Below, one piece after another: positions 17,797 through 29,665 of a DNA stretch of 64,000 nt (positions within the stretch are counted from its first letter, which is position 1; every line of letters starts with the position of its first letter). The notes below the pieces were generated by a model, which made no database searches, was not told the origin of the DNA, and saw only the letters and a list, made by a program, of their open reading frames with translations. The DNA comes from Diplonema japonicum (lineage: Eukaryota; Protista; Euglenozoa: Diplonemea), in contig OZ025672.1 of the NCBI GenBank assembly GCA_964019335.1, positions 310,001 through 374,000 on the forward strand, read 5' to 3'. Made by a program: the position numbers and the translations under genes.

Positions 17797-20700
17797 TTAA
17801 ACAGCGGTAACCATAGAAGGGTCGCGCTTACCTCCTACGCGAGGCTTTGACTCGTAGTCGGAGGGTTCGTCCTCGTCATAAGAATAAGAATAGTCGTAGT
17901 CAGTGTAAGAGGAGGCGGATTTAACATCGCGGGGTGGGAGTGGGTTAACGTACTCTAGAGACTTAGTGGGCATGCCTTGGCGGCCTTGGGGTGGCATAAA
18001 GTTCAATTCGGGCAGGCCTTTAGGGTTGGGGTAGATGTTGGGCTGCTTGCTGGAACCGGCCTCGATCTGGAGCTTTCTCTCTTTGTGGTATCCGTGCCGC
18101 ATGAACTTCCGACGCAGCTTGAGGACAGCACTCCCCACGAGCGCCATGACAGAGATACTCAAGGTCATGACGCTAGTAACGTTGAGTTCTCTCATGATGA
18201 TGTACACGGTGGCGATGACAATTTGTGGGACATCCTCTGTCAGATGTGTGAGCCAGTCCCATCTATCACGCATCCTGCTGTGATATGTGAGGGACGATAA
18301 ATACGAGATATCCACCCTCAGCACAGCTGGGATCTGCAAGAGCAGAACAACTTGCGAGCCTACCCAGAAGAAGGGCTCTCCCTTGAACGTGCCATACGCC
18401 GCCCAACCCACTCTGCTGAACTCGACCATGGAGTTGACCGCCATGACAACCAACACGGCGATGGAGTAGCTGTTCACCTCACCTAAGTCAGGGATCGCAG
18501 ACACGTACAGCCAGAACATTAAATCTGAAACCCAGTCGTAGACCCTCAACACACCCGTCCCCACCATTAATGTCCGCAGCCACCATTGTTCGACCTCTCT
18601 TGCTCGCAGGACAAACCCAACGCACGCCACAATGAAGAGAGAGCCTACCAGACACGCACCCACTACAATCGAATTCGCGTTTGTTGTTGCCTGCGAAGGT
18701 GGTTTGAAGCTCTTGGATTCTACGCCATCATAACTCGGTGAGTCGGTCTGTCCTACGTTGTTTGGGTACAGTTGCATCGCTTTGTCGTAAGACATCTCCT
18801 GAGGCGCGAACACCTCTACATCGGCTATGTGCACCTGCCTCATATGATCAGCCTCCACTAACCCTATTTGCACATAGCGTCCCACAACAGTATTGTTCGT
18901 GCTCTGTAGCACGTGAGCCGTCTCGACTTGAACAGCACTTGTTGATCGGCACCATATATCTACCACTTCGAACTCACCCGTGTTTTGTTTGAGCACTGAG
19001 CACACTCGGTTCCCCGTGCATGGCTCTCCTGGGGTGCATCCGGTATTCCCTACGCGCATCATAAAACCAGGATTCTCGGCGCACGTGAGGTTCCCACATT
19101 CATATCCACACACCAGCTTCTGCGCGCACCACCCGCCGACGTTGTGTAGACGCACCATGCCCACCTGCAGAGGGACCCCCAGGTCCAGCTGGAACCACGT
19201 TGCCTGCCACGACGCGAGACTCCTGCAAGTGGTGGCAATGTTGCCGTCGATGCACCGCGACGCGTTCTCCAAAGTGCTGCTGAGGTCAGCCCGTTGTATT
19301 TTCCACTTGACACCTATTGCATTTTGGGAAGGCGGCTGTGTGCCGTATGCACTATTTGGACCGCCGTAGGGCTTGTCAGTAGGCGGCAGTGTGGAAGTCG
19401 GCCTTTGCGTTCTGCAGAGACCAGTTGTCCCTTTGCAGAGTCGGGTGTGACTATCCAACCAGCACGGCACTACTAGGATATTCCAGGTAGACTGGTTGAG
19501 CGACTGCACAGCGTTACAACCACGGCAATGATCTTCCGCAGAACAGGCGACAGGTGTAGTGCATGTGCCTACTTTGCACACCTTGTCACGGTTAGCGCCA
19601 CATGGTGACCCTTCTATGCATTCCTGTTCTTGGCAATACCCGCCTTTGCATATCCCTATGGGACAGGCAGTGTTGTCCAGCACCCCCACACATCCCTGTG
19701 AAGAACCAACACACACTCCGTCCCAGCAAAACCCGTCCTTTGTACTTAAGCCACACGTTGTGCCGTTGGCGACGGCGGCAAGCTTGCACCGCTGGTTATT
19801 GCATATGTTCACATTACAAGTGCTTGCGCTCACTTGACACGAGTCTGAAGTAGAGCATACAGCCCCTACACCACCAGTGCCTTCTGAGCAACTGCCCTGT
19901 TTGCACAACCTCCCACCCCCGCAGGCAGTTCCATCGGCTAGCTGCAGCACCGTACACGCGCTCGCGCAAACTGCCTTGTGGCAAGCAGGAGCAGTACAAG
20001 GCAGCCCTTTACAAGTTGTTACTGTCGCCACGCACCTCATATTCTGGCATATCCCAGCGCTGCCTCCCGAAGAGCAAGGGTCTCCATTGGCGGTGTTGAG
20101 GCATTGCTTAGCGTTGACAAGTGCCTTGCATGCCTGGCAGCAATGTGCGATAACAGTGCTATCGCTTTGACACGCATCAGTACCAGCGTGGGAACCGCAC
20201 CCCCAACCAGGGGTATCTTGGCACAAAGCCTCACATGTGTCGCCATTACACTCACCATAACCCCCACTCGACAGGAGACACGGGTTTATACAAACACCTT
20301 AGAGTGGATTTCAATAGTTTCAAACATACCTTGTGGGACTGGCGGCGGCTGTGGTGGTCCTCCAGGAGGGCCACGGGGCGGAGCGGTGCCAATCGGTGGA
20401 GGAGGAGGAAGGGACGGGAGCTGCCCTGGCGTGTTTGGCTTGCCCCCTGTTGGTGTACTTGGTGAACCCCCAGTTGGGGGCAGTGGGGGAATAGAAGGTG
20501 TGCCTGGTACGGATGGGGGTGTGCCTCCTGTTGGTGGACCCGATGGAGGAATACCTCCTGTTGGGGGCATTGAAGGAATACTTGGTGTACCCCCTGGGGG
20601 CGTTGAGGATGGAGGAGTACCTGGGGGCGTACCCCCTGCAGGCGGTACTGATGGGCCAGGTCCTGTTGGTGGTGCAGATGGGCTGCCTCCAATCGGGGGA

Positions 20701-21203
20701 ATGCCCCCGGATGGAGGAGTACTTGGAGTGCCACCTGCGGGTGGGACTGACGGGCCAGGTCCCGTTGGGGGCGCAGATGGGCCGCCTTCTACTGGGGGAG
20801 TGCCCCCGGATGGAGGAGTACTCGGAGTGCCTCCTGTGGGTGGGACTGATGGGCCGTGTCCTGTTGGGGGAGAACCCCCTGGTGGAGATTGGGGACTTGA
20901 AGGCGTACCCCCGGATGGAATACTTGGAGGTGTGCCGCCGCTAGGCGGTAAGGGAACAGGTTCTGGGGGCGTACCCCCTGTAGGTGGCACTGGACCAGGT
21001 CCTGTTGGAGTACCCCCTGTGGGCACTGATGGACCAGAAGGGGGGTTGCTGCCTGTTGGAGAGCCCCCCTGGGGTGTGCCTGCCGGAGGAGAACCCTTGT
21101 CGTCACCATCATCATTGTCGCTTTCTGAAGGTTTAGGCGGGGCTGCAGGTACGATAGGTAGTAGGCTGGCCACTAAGAGCAACGCCGCCCAGCTACACCT
21201 CAT
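17797..21203 (-). CDS. Membrane protein: signal peptide, Pro/Gly/Thr repeat, Cys-rich repeats, F5/8C (fucolectin-like) domain, XK-related-like TM region; exons 20330..21203 and 17797..20297
   Basis: A 32-nt intron GTATGT...CTAAG (20298..20329) joins ...PPVPQG to VCINPCLL...EALCQD in frame. RCIDGN...WFQLDLG...GRYVQI...IADVEVF is F5/8C-like; DWVSD and LTEDVPQIV resemble XK-family motifs. Confidence 0.8.
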
Positions 21204-21289
21204 ACCCCTTCCTGTCGAATGGTGTTAAACAAGCGTTCGGAGGTTTAAAAAAAAACAAAAAGAGAGAGAAAAAAAACGACAATTTTCGT

Positions 21290-22911
21290 TCAAGAAAGAT
21301 TCAACTGGGCTAAACGGGACTGCTCTACTTTGACCCGCGTGACTTTCTCGAAAATGTCGGCCGTTCGGTCCAGGTCGTTGGGATCGAGGTTCTTGAAGTA
21401 TAAAGAGCGGTGCATGGCTGCCATTGAAGGGATAGGATCGGGGGAAGGCTTCTTGGCGGAGTACTTCTGGCGTGTGCCTGTGGGGAAAAGCGACCGTTCA
21501 ACTTTCGGAGGACTCGGCGTTGGGGCGTAGGAACGATAAGAATCGAATAGAGTAAGGCTCGGGGTGTCGTTGCACGGCTCGGCGTACCGTTTAAGCTGCT
21601 GCTGTCGTTGCTCGGGGGTGGCATCGATATCAATGATTTCAGCAGACGAAGGAACGACGGTGAGATCACCCTCCTCGCTGGGTTCGTCTTCTTCACCAAC
21701 GTCTTTGCGTGTGTTCGCCTTCAACCACTCAAGCAGCTTCTCAGGCACATGCTTCACAACCTTCGGTTCATTATTAACCGCAAGATCGAAACACGACGTT
21801 GCCGCTTGTATCCCTTCGTCGGTGGCGGCACCTACCAGATAATATAACATGAAAGGCATCAGTTTCCCATTTACAGCATACTGCCACAACCCGGGGATCG
21901 ATTTTGCCGCAGCTCGTATGTTTGAATCATCAAAGATGACCCAGACCTGCAGTCTTCTATTGAAGTACGAAGACACGTAATGGCAGCCGTAGTAAAACAC
22001 AATGCCTTGCAGCACCGCAACGGAACGGGTTTCAGTTCTGCTTTGAAGGCAGTCTTGGATACGCCATTTCACGGGTATGGACGACATTAACTTTCGCAGC
22101 TCGCTTCTTGTGCAGTGTAGTTTCGACCACGATATGTTCAACGTGAAGATTTTAGGTGGGGCGGTGCGGAGGGTCGTGCTCATGTCGATTTTAGCTTTGC
22201 AGTGATCGCAGGTGATGGGTGCTTCTTGTTGGCCTGCAAGACGTTGGAAGGCCATGCTCCCTGTGTCTTCTATCAATGTTGATGCGATGACCGTTCTGCA
22301 GAAGCATTCGTCGGAATAGACAACACGTTTTGTCTTTCCACAGTCGCACTCCGCCTTCTGTTGCGTGTGGATCCCGAAAAAGTCGTGAGCTATGCCGGAA
22401 GGCACCGAAGGCTCGCTGCTTCTTATCTTTCTCTTCCTCCCGCAGACCGTGTGTAGGGTGTTTAGAAGCACCTCATAGCATTCGTGCGCATCCTCCAGCG
22501 AACCCGTTGCAAAGGATGGTATGATCTTTGACAGTGATTCTTTATTTATAATTTTTTTTTTTTTTTGAAAAAAAAAAGTAAGATACCTCTCATGTCTTTT
22601 GGGTTCAACACCGCCCCTTCCGTCATTTTGAAGCGGGTGAACAGATAGCCAAGTTCCATGACGACCGACTCCTGTGCCGACGCCTTTGTGTTTCTGTTGA
22701 CGAACATCTTTCCAGAAACACCTGGGAGGGGTGGTGCTGTGGTTTTCTCATTGAGTTCCGTGCCTTCTCTAATGACCGCCTCTCGAAACTCCTCGAAATG
22801 GAAGAATATCTGCAAAATACTGTTTAAGAAACAGTTGTTATGCCCAACAGGGTTCCGGAGACCACGCTCACCAGCACCGAGCAACTCCGTGCTGCTAGGT
22901 TCATATGGCAT
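21290..22911 (-). CDS. Ubiquitin-specific protease, USP53/USP54-like; exons 22587..22911 and 21290..22539
   Basis: Cys box GLRNPVGHNNCFLNSILQ. Removing the 47-nt intron 22540..22586 restores KDMRESLSK...EDAHEC. His box YYGCHY...WVIFDD. Confidence 0.88.
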
Positions 22912-23305
22912 TTTTTTTTTTTGCCCCCTTCCTTTTTTTTTCTTCATTTTAGTAGACCAGGAAAAGAAGCAAAAAAAAAAGGCGAAAAAGAATAAGGGGG
23001 AAATAATTCATCTAAGGAGGGGGGGGGGGGGGGGGGTAATATGTGGGTTTATTATTCTTTTCCCTATACGGAACAATTGCAGGTATTTGTTCTTTATTAA
23101 ATTGTGTTTTCTTCCCCCTTATACTTTTTTTCTCTCGTGAAGCCCCCCACGGGTCCAATCTTTGTTATTCCTAAAGTATAGAACAGAAATAAACCACGGC
23201 TATGTCGAAGTTGCGGGCGGATGAAAAAATCCCAAAATCCGTTATTTTTAGTACCCCACCAATGCTGACATCGTCGTACAATTATAACAAAAAGATGTCT
23301 TTGAA

Positions 23306-23334
23306 GGGAACCTGCAGTGTGTGACAGGATTGCC
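23306..23334. repeat. Dispersed repeat A, copy 2 (directly upstream of repeat B)
   Basis: GGGAACCTGCAGTGTGTGACAGGATTGCC. Confidence 0.75.
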
Positions 23335-23341
23335 TAAAAAT

Positions 23342-23383
23342 AATTCACTATGATAGGAACGAAGTGGTTAGCAACGGCCCGCC
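23342..23383. repeat. 42-bp dispersed repeat B, copy 1
   Basis: AATTCACTATGATAGGAACGAAGTGGTTAGCAACGGCCCGCC; also at 31791 and 32216. Confidence 0.9.
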
Positions 23384-23819
23384 AAATAAGATTCTTTGCA
23401 AGCAGCGAAAAAAAAAAAAAAACTATTCTGGTATTTGCTTTGGGCGCATTAGGCAGGTATGCAAAACTGCGCTGCCAAAAGGAAACCCACACCCAGCCAA
23501 GTCCAAAGCCTACTTTGGGGTTTATTTATAATGGAAAAAGAAGACACAGGAAAAAAGAAAATGTGAAGAGAAGGAAAAAAAAAGAAGAAAAAAAAACACA
23601 AGAAGAACAACAGCGAATACACTTATCATCATCCACACATCCCTTTTCCTTCCTAACAGTCTTCGAGAAAAAAACTTTTTTTTTTCCCTTTGAAATTCTG
23701 TTCGACAAGAAAGGGGGAAAGAAAAAACGCAAAAAAATGTCGGCTCTTCATGGAGAGCAGCCATCAGAGCACCCCATTCACTTCCGCATGTTGCACACCT
23801 GTGGAATGGTTGTAAAGAA

Positions 23820-25900
23820 TTAAAAGATAAGACGTGCACCACCACATACAGTTTTCCCTTCACGGCAACTGACTTCAATCTGCGGGTTGAGTGCCGTTGC
23901 AGTGGCGATCAAAAGGCACATATCGGACTGTGGAATGCCTAGGAGGGTGCTTCTGACGTCTTCAAGAGAGCTGTTCGGGGGGAGGTCAACGAGGGCGGAG
24001 CTGATGCAGGTACTCATGGAAATGATCTCGGAGAGCCCGATCTGTAGAGACTCTTCGCAGTCAGCAGAGGGCACCCCCACCGAATAGCAGTCGAGAGACG
24101 CCTTTAAGTAATGCTTCACAGACGAGCTGCTCAACTGCACCTCACACCTGCTGTCTTTGTGCAGCACGCATGTCTTTCGCGTGACGTCCACCACAACACA
24201 CCCGTCGTCCTTGTGGCATGACATCCACTCAGGTGCTTCTGTTGACACGAAGCACGCCACCTCCTCTTCGCTTACATTGTCCTTCTCCACGCCTAACAGT
24301 AGGAAGGGTGCCTGCAGTACCTTGGCCAGCGCGCCGTAGCAGTACGTGCTGCTGGGCACTGGTGACATGGTCAGCACCGATGTGAAGGTGCCCTCCACCT
24401 CCCACACCCGTACACCGCACACCTATAAAAATAGTTTTATAACACGTTTAAGAGAGGTACACATACCGAAGCAACCACCGCCACAGCAGCAGCGACACAA
24501 GTGAAGTCGGTACACTCACATTCCGAGCGCACCTTCTTCGGCGACGATGACGGTGATGAATCCAACCTGAGGGTTACATGATGTGGCGCATGAGAAACAT
24601 ACGAGTCTTGGGTGCAGTCCAGCGACGGCGGGAACACCGTCGAGGGCAGCGGTGCACAGGAGTGGTTCACCAGACCGCATCTCACAAAGAAGCTCAACAC
24701 CACCAGCATTGCCTTGATGAGCGCGGCATCTGTGCCATGCACGAGGAACCGGCACATGCTGAGCTTATTAACACCTTCAGAATCCATGCGCAGCCACCCC
24801 TGATGGTACCGCAATGCTGCAGTAACAACAGTGCACAGCAACTGGAAGTCGGCTGGCTTGCGATATCGCGATACATAAGGGAGGATAGAGGAGGAGGAGG
24901 ACAGGGAAGATCGTTGCTTCTCCTGCAGCAGGTAGGTGGGGAACAGGAAAGAGGCGATGGTGGTACGAAGATATTCGAAGGACTCTTGCAGCACGGGGCA
25001 TGTCAAGAGGTCGTGGGGGCGGATCCTGGCTTGGGCGTCCATGAAGACGTGCCCTGCTGTGTTGGAGACGTAACTGCGGAGGGCCTCTGTCGCCTTGTCC
25101 ATGACGCCCTCCACAAGCTGGTTCAGAAAGGGGAAGTGGGACTGGATGATCTCAATAATGCCCTCTCGCTGTTTGGGCCGCCCGTTGCTTGCGAAAGTAG
25201 AAAGGTCAGGCATGTACCCGTCGCTGTCAGTGAAGAGCCCCTCTGTGTTGTTTCGTGTGTACATTGTGGCATCGTCGAAGGCTGAGTGCGTGTCGCCAAG
25301 TGACTGCAGACCTGCTAACGACCGTGACAGCTGACTCCTGTTGAGGTAGCTCTCGCACTTGGGTGTGGAAGGGGCATTCGGAGTGGTGTTTATCTTGATC
25401 TCGGTCCCTGCTTGGCCGTACAACGTTACCAAAACAGCTACCGCAAAGGTTGTTTTGCACTGGAACAAGTTGTCCGTTGACCCATAGGAGGAGGACAGCG
25501 ATGAAGTGGATCCCCTGTTTTTGACAGACGTCCCGCGCTGGTCGACAAGCTTGCGGGCGAATGTGCATTTAAAAAGTTTTGTGACCATAATCTGTGAGAG
25601 CGCTGCGGTGTGCGTCCAGTGCACCTTAGTGAAGGCCTTGTCAAGGCGGAGCGGCAGGGACCCGTGCACCATTTGCATGATAGCTTGGACCGAGAGCTCG
25701 TCTGGGTGCCTCATCGGGTTCTCCTCGTTCCGTTGGCTGTCGTAAAGGGGAACAAATCGTTGGTCGCCATTCTCAAGCGAGAGCAGCACCCTCACACTGT
25801 ACTGCACTGCTTCCTCTTCTGCTCCGTTGTTCCCCTTCCTGCGCGGCGTCGCTGCAGGCGTCGACGTCGTCGGCGTCTTACTACCAGCGTAAAACGACAT
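23820..25900 (-). CDS. FNIP: Folliculin-interacting protein (FNIP/Lst4) homologue; exons 24467..25900 and 23820..24422
   Basis: VTAALRYHQGW and CRFLVHG...LVVLSFFVRC match FNIP middle-domain motifs; PFLLLG and CVVVDV match the C-domain; a 44-nt phase-0 intron GTATGT...TATAG (24423..24466) joins the two ORFs. Confidence 0.72.
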
Positions 25901-26067
25901 CGGGATGTCTCATATCAATGGTGCCATGGCCCATCAGGGCGGCCCTGTGTGTGCTGCTGACTTACAATGTGAATTTAATACTGATGGCATGGGGATGGGA
26001 AGCAAGGGGTGACAAAAAAAAATTCATCATTTTCTAAAGGTGTTCTCATTCTTTTATGTGTGGACAC

Positions 26068-27606
26068 TCAGATGGTAAAGTTCTGATTGATCGGATGTCG
26101 CTTCCTGGTCAGAGGCTGGCCATCAGGCCCAACGCGAAGAGCTGCTGTGTAGATGCCAGAGGGCGCGGTGCCCTTGGCTTGGGATGGCACAGGGTTACTT
26201 TGTTCTTCTTTCGGGGGACGCTCTACGACAGGTCTAATAGGTTTTTGAACCTCGGGCTGCGGTGCCGGTTCAGGAGGAGTAGGTGGTGTATGCCGCATGA
26301 TGGCAGGAACATGCATGTTAGGTGCCTCTGAAGGATCCCCTTTCAGGACATAATGCACAGGGAACAATTGAGCTTCCGCTCGCGTTCTTGCATTTGTATA
26401 CCCTCTTGACAGAACTGCTTTGTGCCCATTGGGTTGACAACTTAACATGTCCTCCAGATGCTTCACATCACCCGCCTCGGCTAGCACTTCCAGTACCTCT
26501 TCAAGATGTATTTGCTTTTTGGTTTCGCTCAGCTTCTCATATAATTGTAGTGTGTCCTTCACGGCAGCAATCTTGGCTTCTTCTTGCTGCTTGGCTTGAT
26601 GTTTATGATAAGCCAAAGTCGCAGTATGTTTCAAATCGCTCATCGGCAGGTTTTGGGCTTTTACAAAGTGAGTCGAGGCAGCGGCGGAATCGTTGCAGGC
26701 GCAGGCGAGAAGGAGAGAGTCAAGGGTCATGATGTCAGGTTTCTTGCAGTACTCGTTGATGATGTCAAAGCCTTGGGCATCGCAGATGTTGATGTAAGAA
26801 GAGATGATGAACTGGTAGTGAGCGTGCTGGACATGAACGTTGTTGTCCTTCATTTCCTGCAGCGTGCGGGTGATGTGGTGGTGAACTGTTTTGTGCACCG
26901 CAACAGAGGAGTAGGCCGAGAGAAGAGAAAGGTAGAAGCGCGGGTCTGTACTGATGTCTGGAAAGTCGTACAACGTCCCATTCAAGATGATCGACTTCGT
27001 AGTGCTGATGACACTAGGGTTGCACGTCACAGCAGCAAGAGAGAGAAGCAATGATGCCGATGTCGAATCGGGTATGATACCTACTAGAACGCACTGTGAT
27101 ATAAGGTGCTTGGCACGCTCGATGCGGGGCTGCTCGTGGTCGGGGGTGAGCCTCGCAAGGAGTTCGTTGAGGAGAGCAGTGTGGTCCACATTCGGCATCA
27201 TTTGACCGCTTTTTCGCAGCTCGCTGACTAGCTGCAGCATAAGCAGCTCTGCATACCTTGGATACTTCAAGGCAATACTCCCTTCCAACGCCACCGTCAG
27301 CAGTTCTAGACTGATCTTGCTGGACCCGGCCTGAGCGAGCCTCGTGAACAATTGATGGAATGTTGCGCTCACCCATTCCGGCTTTCCGGAGTTCATGCTG
27401 TCCCTTACGAATACGCGTATCATGTCTGCCTTGCCTTTCTCCGTCAGCAAGCAACCCATCTTCACAACGTCGTCAACGATCTCCACGATCCCAGGCCGCC
27501 CCGCCGCATTCATCACAATACCGATATCCCCATCGCCTTGCTTGAATCTCTGCAGTGCCGCCCCGTACGCCGTGGCATATTTCAGCAGGGGCCGGCCCAG
27601 CCGCAT
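26068..27606 (-). CDS. Alpha-helical repeat protein, degenerate PPR-like, possibly mitochondrial
   Basis: PPR-like segments (GIIPDSTSASLLL, HYQFIISSY, KPDIMTLDSLLLAC); basic, acid-free N-terminus MRLGRPLLKY. Confidence 0.55.
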   Translation of the reverse strand: MRLGRPLLKYATAYGAALQRFKQGDGDIGIVMNAAGRPGIVEIVDDVVKMGCLLTEKGKADMIRVFVRDSMNSGKPEWVSATFHQLFTRLAQAGSSKISLELLTVALEGSIALKYPRYAELLMLQLVSELRKSGQMMPNVDHTALLNELLARLTPDHEQPRIERAKHLISQCVLVGIIPDSTSASLLLSLAAVTCNPSVISTTKSIILNGTLYDFPDISTDPRFYLSLLSAYSSVAVHKTVHHHITRTLQEMKDNNVHVQHAHYQFIISSYINICDAQGFDIINEYCKKPDIMTLDSLLLACACNDSAAASTHFVKAQNLPMSDLKHTATLAYHKHQAKQQEEAKIAAVKDTLQLYEKLSETKKQIHLEEVLEVLAEAGDVKHLEDMLSCQPNGHKAVLSRGYTNARTRAEAQLFPVHYVLKGDPSEAPNMHVPAIMRHTPPTPPEPAPQPEVQKPIRPVVERPPKEEQSNPVPSQAKGTAPSGIYTAALRVGPDGQPLTRKRHPINQNFTI

Positions 27607-27724
27607 AGTCTTATCCTAGGGGTTCGTTGCGGTAGCGGGCATGGCATTGCGGGTTGCGTTGTGTCGCACTACTTATACTAAACTAAACAAAATAAGAACT
27701 AAGAAGAAAGGGAAAAGGGTGTCG

Positions 27725-29665
27725 CTAGCCAGTTGCATTGTATTTCGGCGTGCAGAGAGGCTCGTTGCATACAGGGTACTCATCGAATGTGACACGTTTC
27801 TTTGTGAAGCACGGCTTGCCATTAACGTCTTGCGGGTTCCAGCAGCACCCTATCGAGATGCAGACAGTTTCAGTAATGCCGCCGTAGCCACACTCGATGA
27901 CCCCCGTGGTGGCTTGAGTCTCTGTGCAGAAGAAATCATGAGTGGGGCAGCGTGGAGTGGGAGCTTCTGTGACGAGGTACTTCACAGGCTGCGGGACCTC
28001 TAAAGGCTCCAGCTGTGTAGACCCCTCGACGTAGATAGACCGCACCACTACCAGGGACCGTAGCTCATAGGGAAGGTTCCCATCCAACACATTGTCAGGA
28101 AGGTACAACACACGGATGGGGCACTTCGTCAGTGATGTTGGGACGGCACCCTGCAGTGTGTTGTACCCCAAATCTAACGCAGACAGACTCTCCCAGTGCC
28201 CTATGGTCTGCGGGATTTCTCCATTCAAGTCGTTCCACTCCAGATTCAACACCAGCGTTTGCTTGAAATCCCCCCGCGTGAAATTATCTGGGATGCTCCC
28301 TTGCAGGTTGTTCCTTGCCAGCGATATTGTCAGCACGCTTGAGTTCTCATTGCACTCCACGCCGTACCACCCGCAGGGGTCCCCCATCCCCCACCCGTGG
28401 GAGTGATACCAGTTCATCCCGCCTGTGGCTGCGTACAGTGCCATCAAGGCGTCGCTCACATCTTCCACCTTAGGTATCACGAGGCTTCCGAGCGAGGTCC
28501 AGACACCCGCCTTGCGGTAGCAGACTTCATACCCGCCGGCTTCAGGGAGGACGACGGACCACTGTATGCCTGGGGCGAGGAGACGTTTATCTTCTTCGCA
28601 GTCGCTGTATTCCACTTCAATGTAGCGGATGGGGCGCTGCGTGGACACCTTGGGCGTCACGGGGGGGCTGCACCATTCGTAACCTGTCGTGGGACGGAGC
28701 TTTTGAATGCCGGTGAGCGTGGACTCCGTGATGATGTCAGACGAGGAGGAGCATGGCGTACCGGTTCTGCGGATGTGCATGGAGTCGGTGAACACGTTGT
28801 AGCCAGACCCAGTACTGACCGTGAAGGTGACGAGGCTGTCGGCGATAACGACATCAGAGGGGTCGATGGTGTAGAGGGTGGGGGCGGCAGGCGCGGCGAG
28901 GATATCGATCCTCCCGATCTCGTACCAGGTAGGCGTCGTGAGCTTCGAGTGGTAGTAGCAGAGGATGTAACAACCCTTAGACGGGAGGGACCCCACCTCC
29001 CACAACATAGTGGTGGAGTTGTGCTGCGTGGCGTTCGAGGACGACGTCATGTTGACAGACGACATGGTGGCGACAGGGTCGTCGTACCCGCATGTGGGGG
29101 TGTTTCGGATCTCAGCGAAGTCGGTGATGGACAGCTCAATGCCGCCTGTGAAGGTGATGGCAACGGCGTTCGTCTCGTAGAGCTCACCAGCAATGACAAA
29201 GTCGTCAGGTCGTGTCGCAGCAGGCCTTGTGTACTGGCAATTGGTATGGATGCCTGAGAACCGGCAACAGTCGCAGTTGAAGGGTGCAATGTGCAGAGAG
29301 CTATCACCGAAGACGAGGTCATCCTTCCACCAGATCGTGTTGGGCGGTGCTGTGTGCAGAATGTTGGGTGTTGTTTCGTTGTTATCGTGATCGTAGTAAA
29401 CATTCCCCACTCGCTGCCATGTGGGCATGTCGCACTGCCCTGTGTTGCCTTCAAGCTTCGGGTCTACTGGCCCGCCCTGTTCCCTAGGTGTGTCTGCTAG
29501 ACCAGCGATGACACCGTAGGGGTAACTATCTAACCCTGGATCGCTGCACACCTTGCAACAACAGTACTCTGGGCATATTGTTGCGGTTGATATGGGCCAC
29601 GTTGGTACGCCACACACGCCCGCTGCTATGAGGAGAAGGTTCAGGATTGAAAGTAAGATTTTCAT
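27725..29665 (-). CDS. Secreted protein with Cys-rich N-terminus, beta-sandwich-like repeats, plant-type LRR and C-terminal trefoil (P-type) domain
   Basis: Signal peptide; ALMALYAATGG.NW...PCGWYGVEC (LRR N-cap); NxLxGxIP repeats; CGYGGITETVCISIGCCWN...PCF (trefoil). Confidence 0.85.
   Translation of the reverse strand: MKILLSILNLLLIAAGVCGVPTWPISTATICPEYCCCKVCSDPGLDSYPYGVIAGLADTPREQGGPVDPKLEGNTGQCDMPTWQRVGNVYYDHDNNETTPNILHTAPPNTIWWKDDLVFGDSSLHIAPFNCDCCRFSGIHTNCQYTRPAATRPDDFVIAGELYETNAVAITFTGGIELSITDFAEIRNTPTCGYDDPVATMSSVNMTSSSNATQHNSTTMLWEVGSLPSKGCYILCYYHSKLTTPTWYEIGRIDILAAPAAPTLYTIDPSDVVIADSLVTFTVSTGSGYNVFTDSMHIRRTGTPCSSSSDIITESTLTGIQKLRPTTGYEWCSPPVTPKVSTQRPIRYIEVEYSDCEEDKRLLAPGIQWSVVLPEAGGYEVCYRKAGVWTSLGSLVIPKVEDVSDALMALYAATGGMNWYHSHGWGMGDPCGWYGVECNENSSVLTISLARNNLQGSIPDNFTRGDFKQTLVLNLEWNDLNGEIPQTIGHWESLSALDLGYNTLQGAVPTSLTKCPIRVLYLPDNVLDGNLPYELRSLVVVRSIYVEGSTQLEPLEVPQPVKYLVTEAPTPRCPTHDFFCTETQATTGVIECGYGGITETVCISIGCCWNPQDVNGKPCFTKKRVTFDEYPVCNEPLCTPKYNATG

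Noticed and set aside
23306-23334. Repeat A as an iron-responsive element (CAGTGT loop)
   Set aside because: It is on the non-coding strand, the other copies lack CAGTG, and the stem geometry does not fit.
25945-25965. Possible 21-nt intron GTAAGT...CACAG upstream of FNIP
   Set aside because: It does not extend the reading frame (in-frame TGA just before ATG 25900) and cannot be supported without transcripts.
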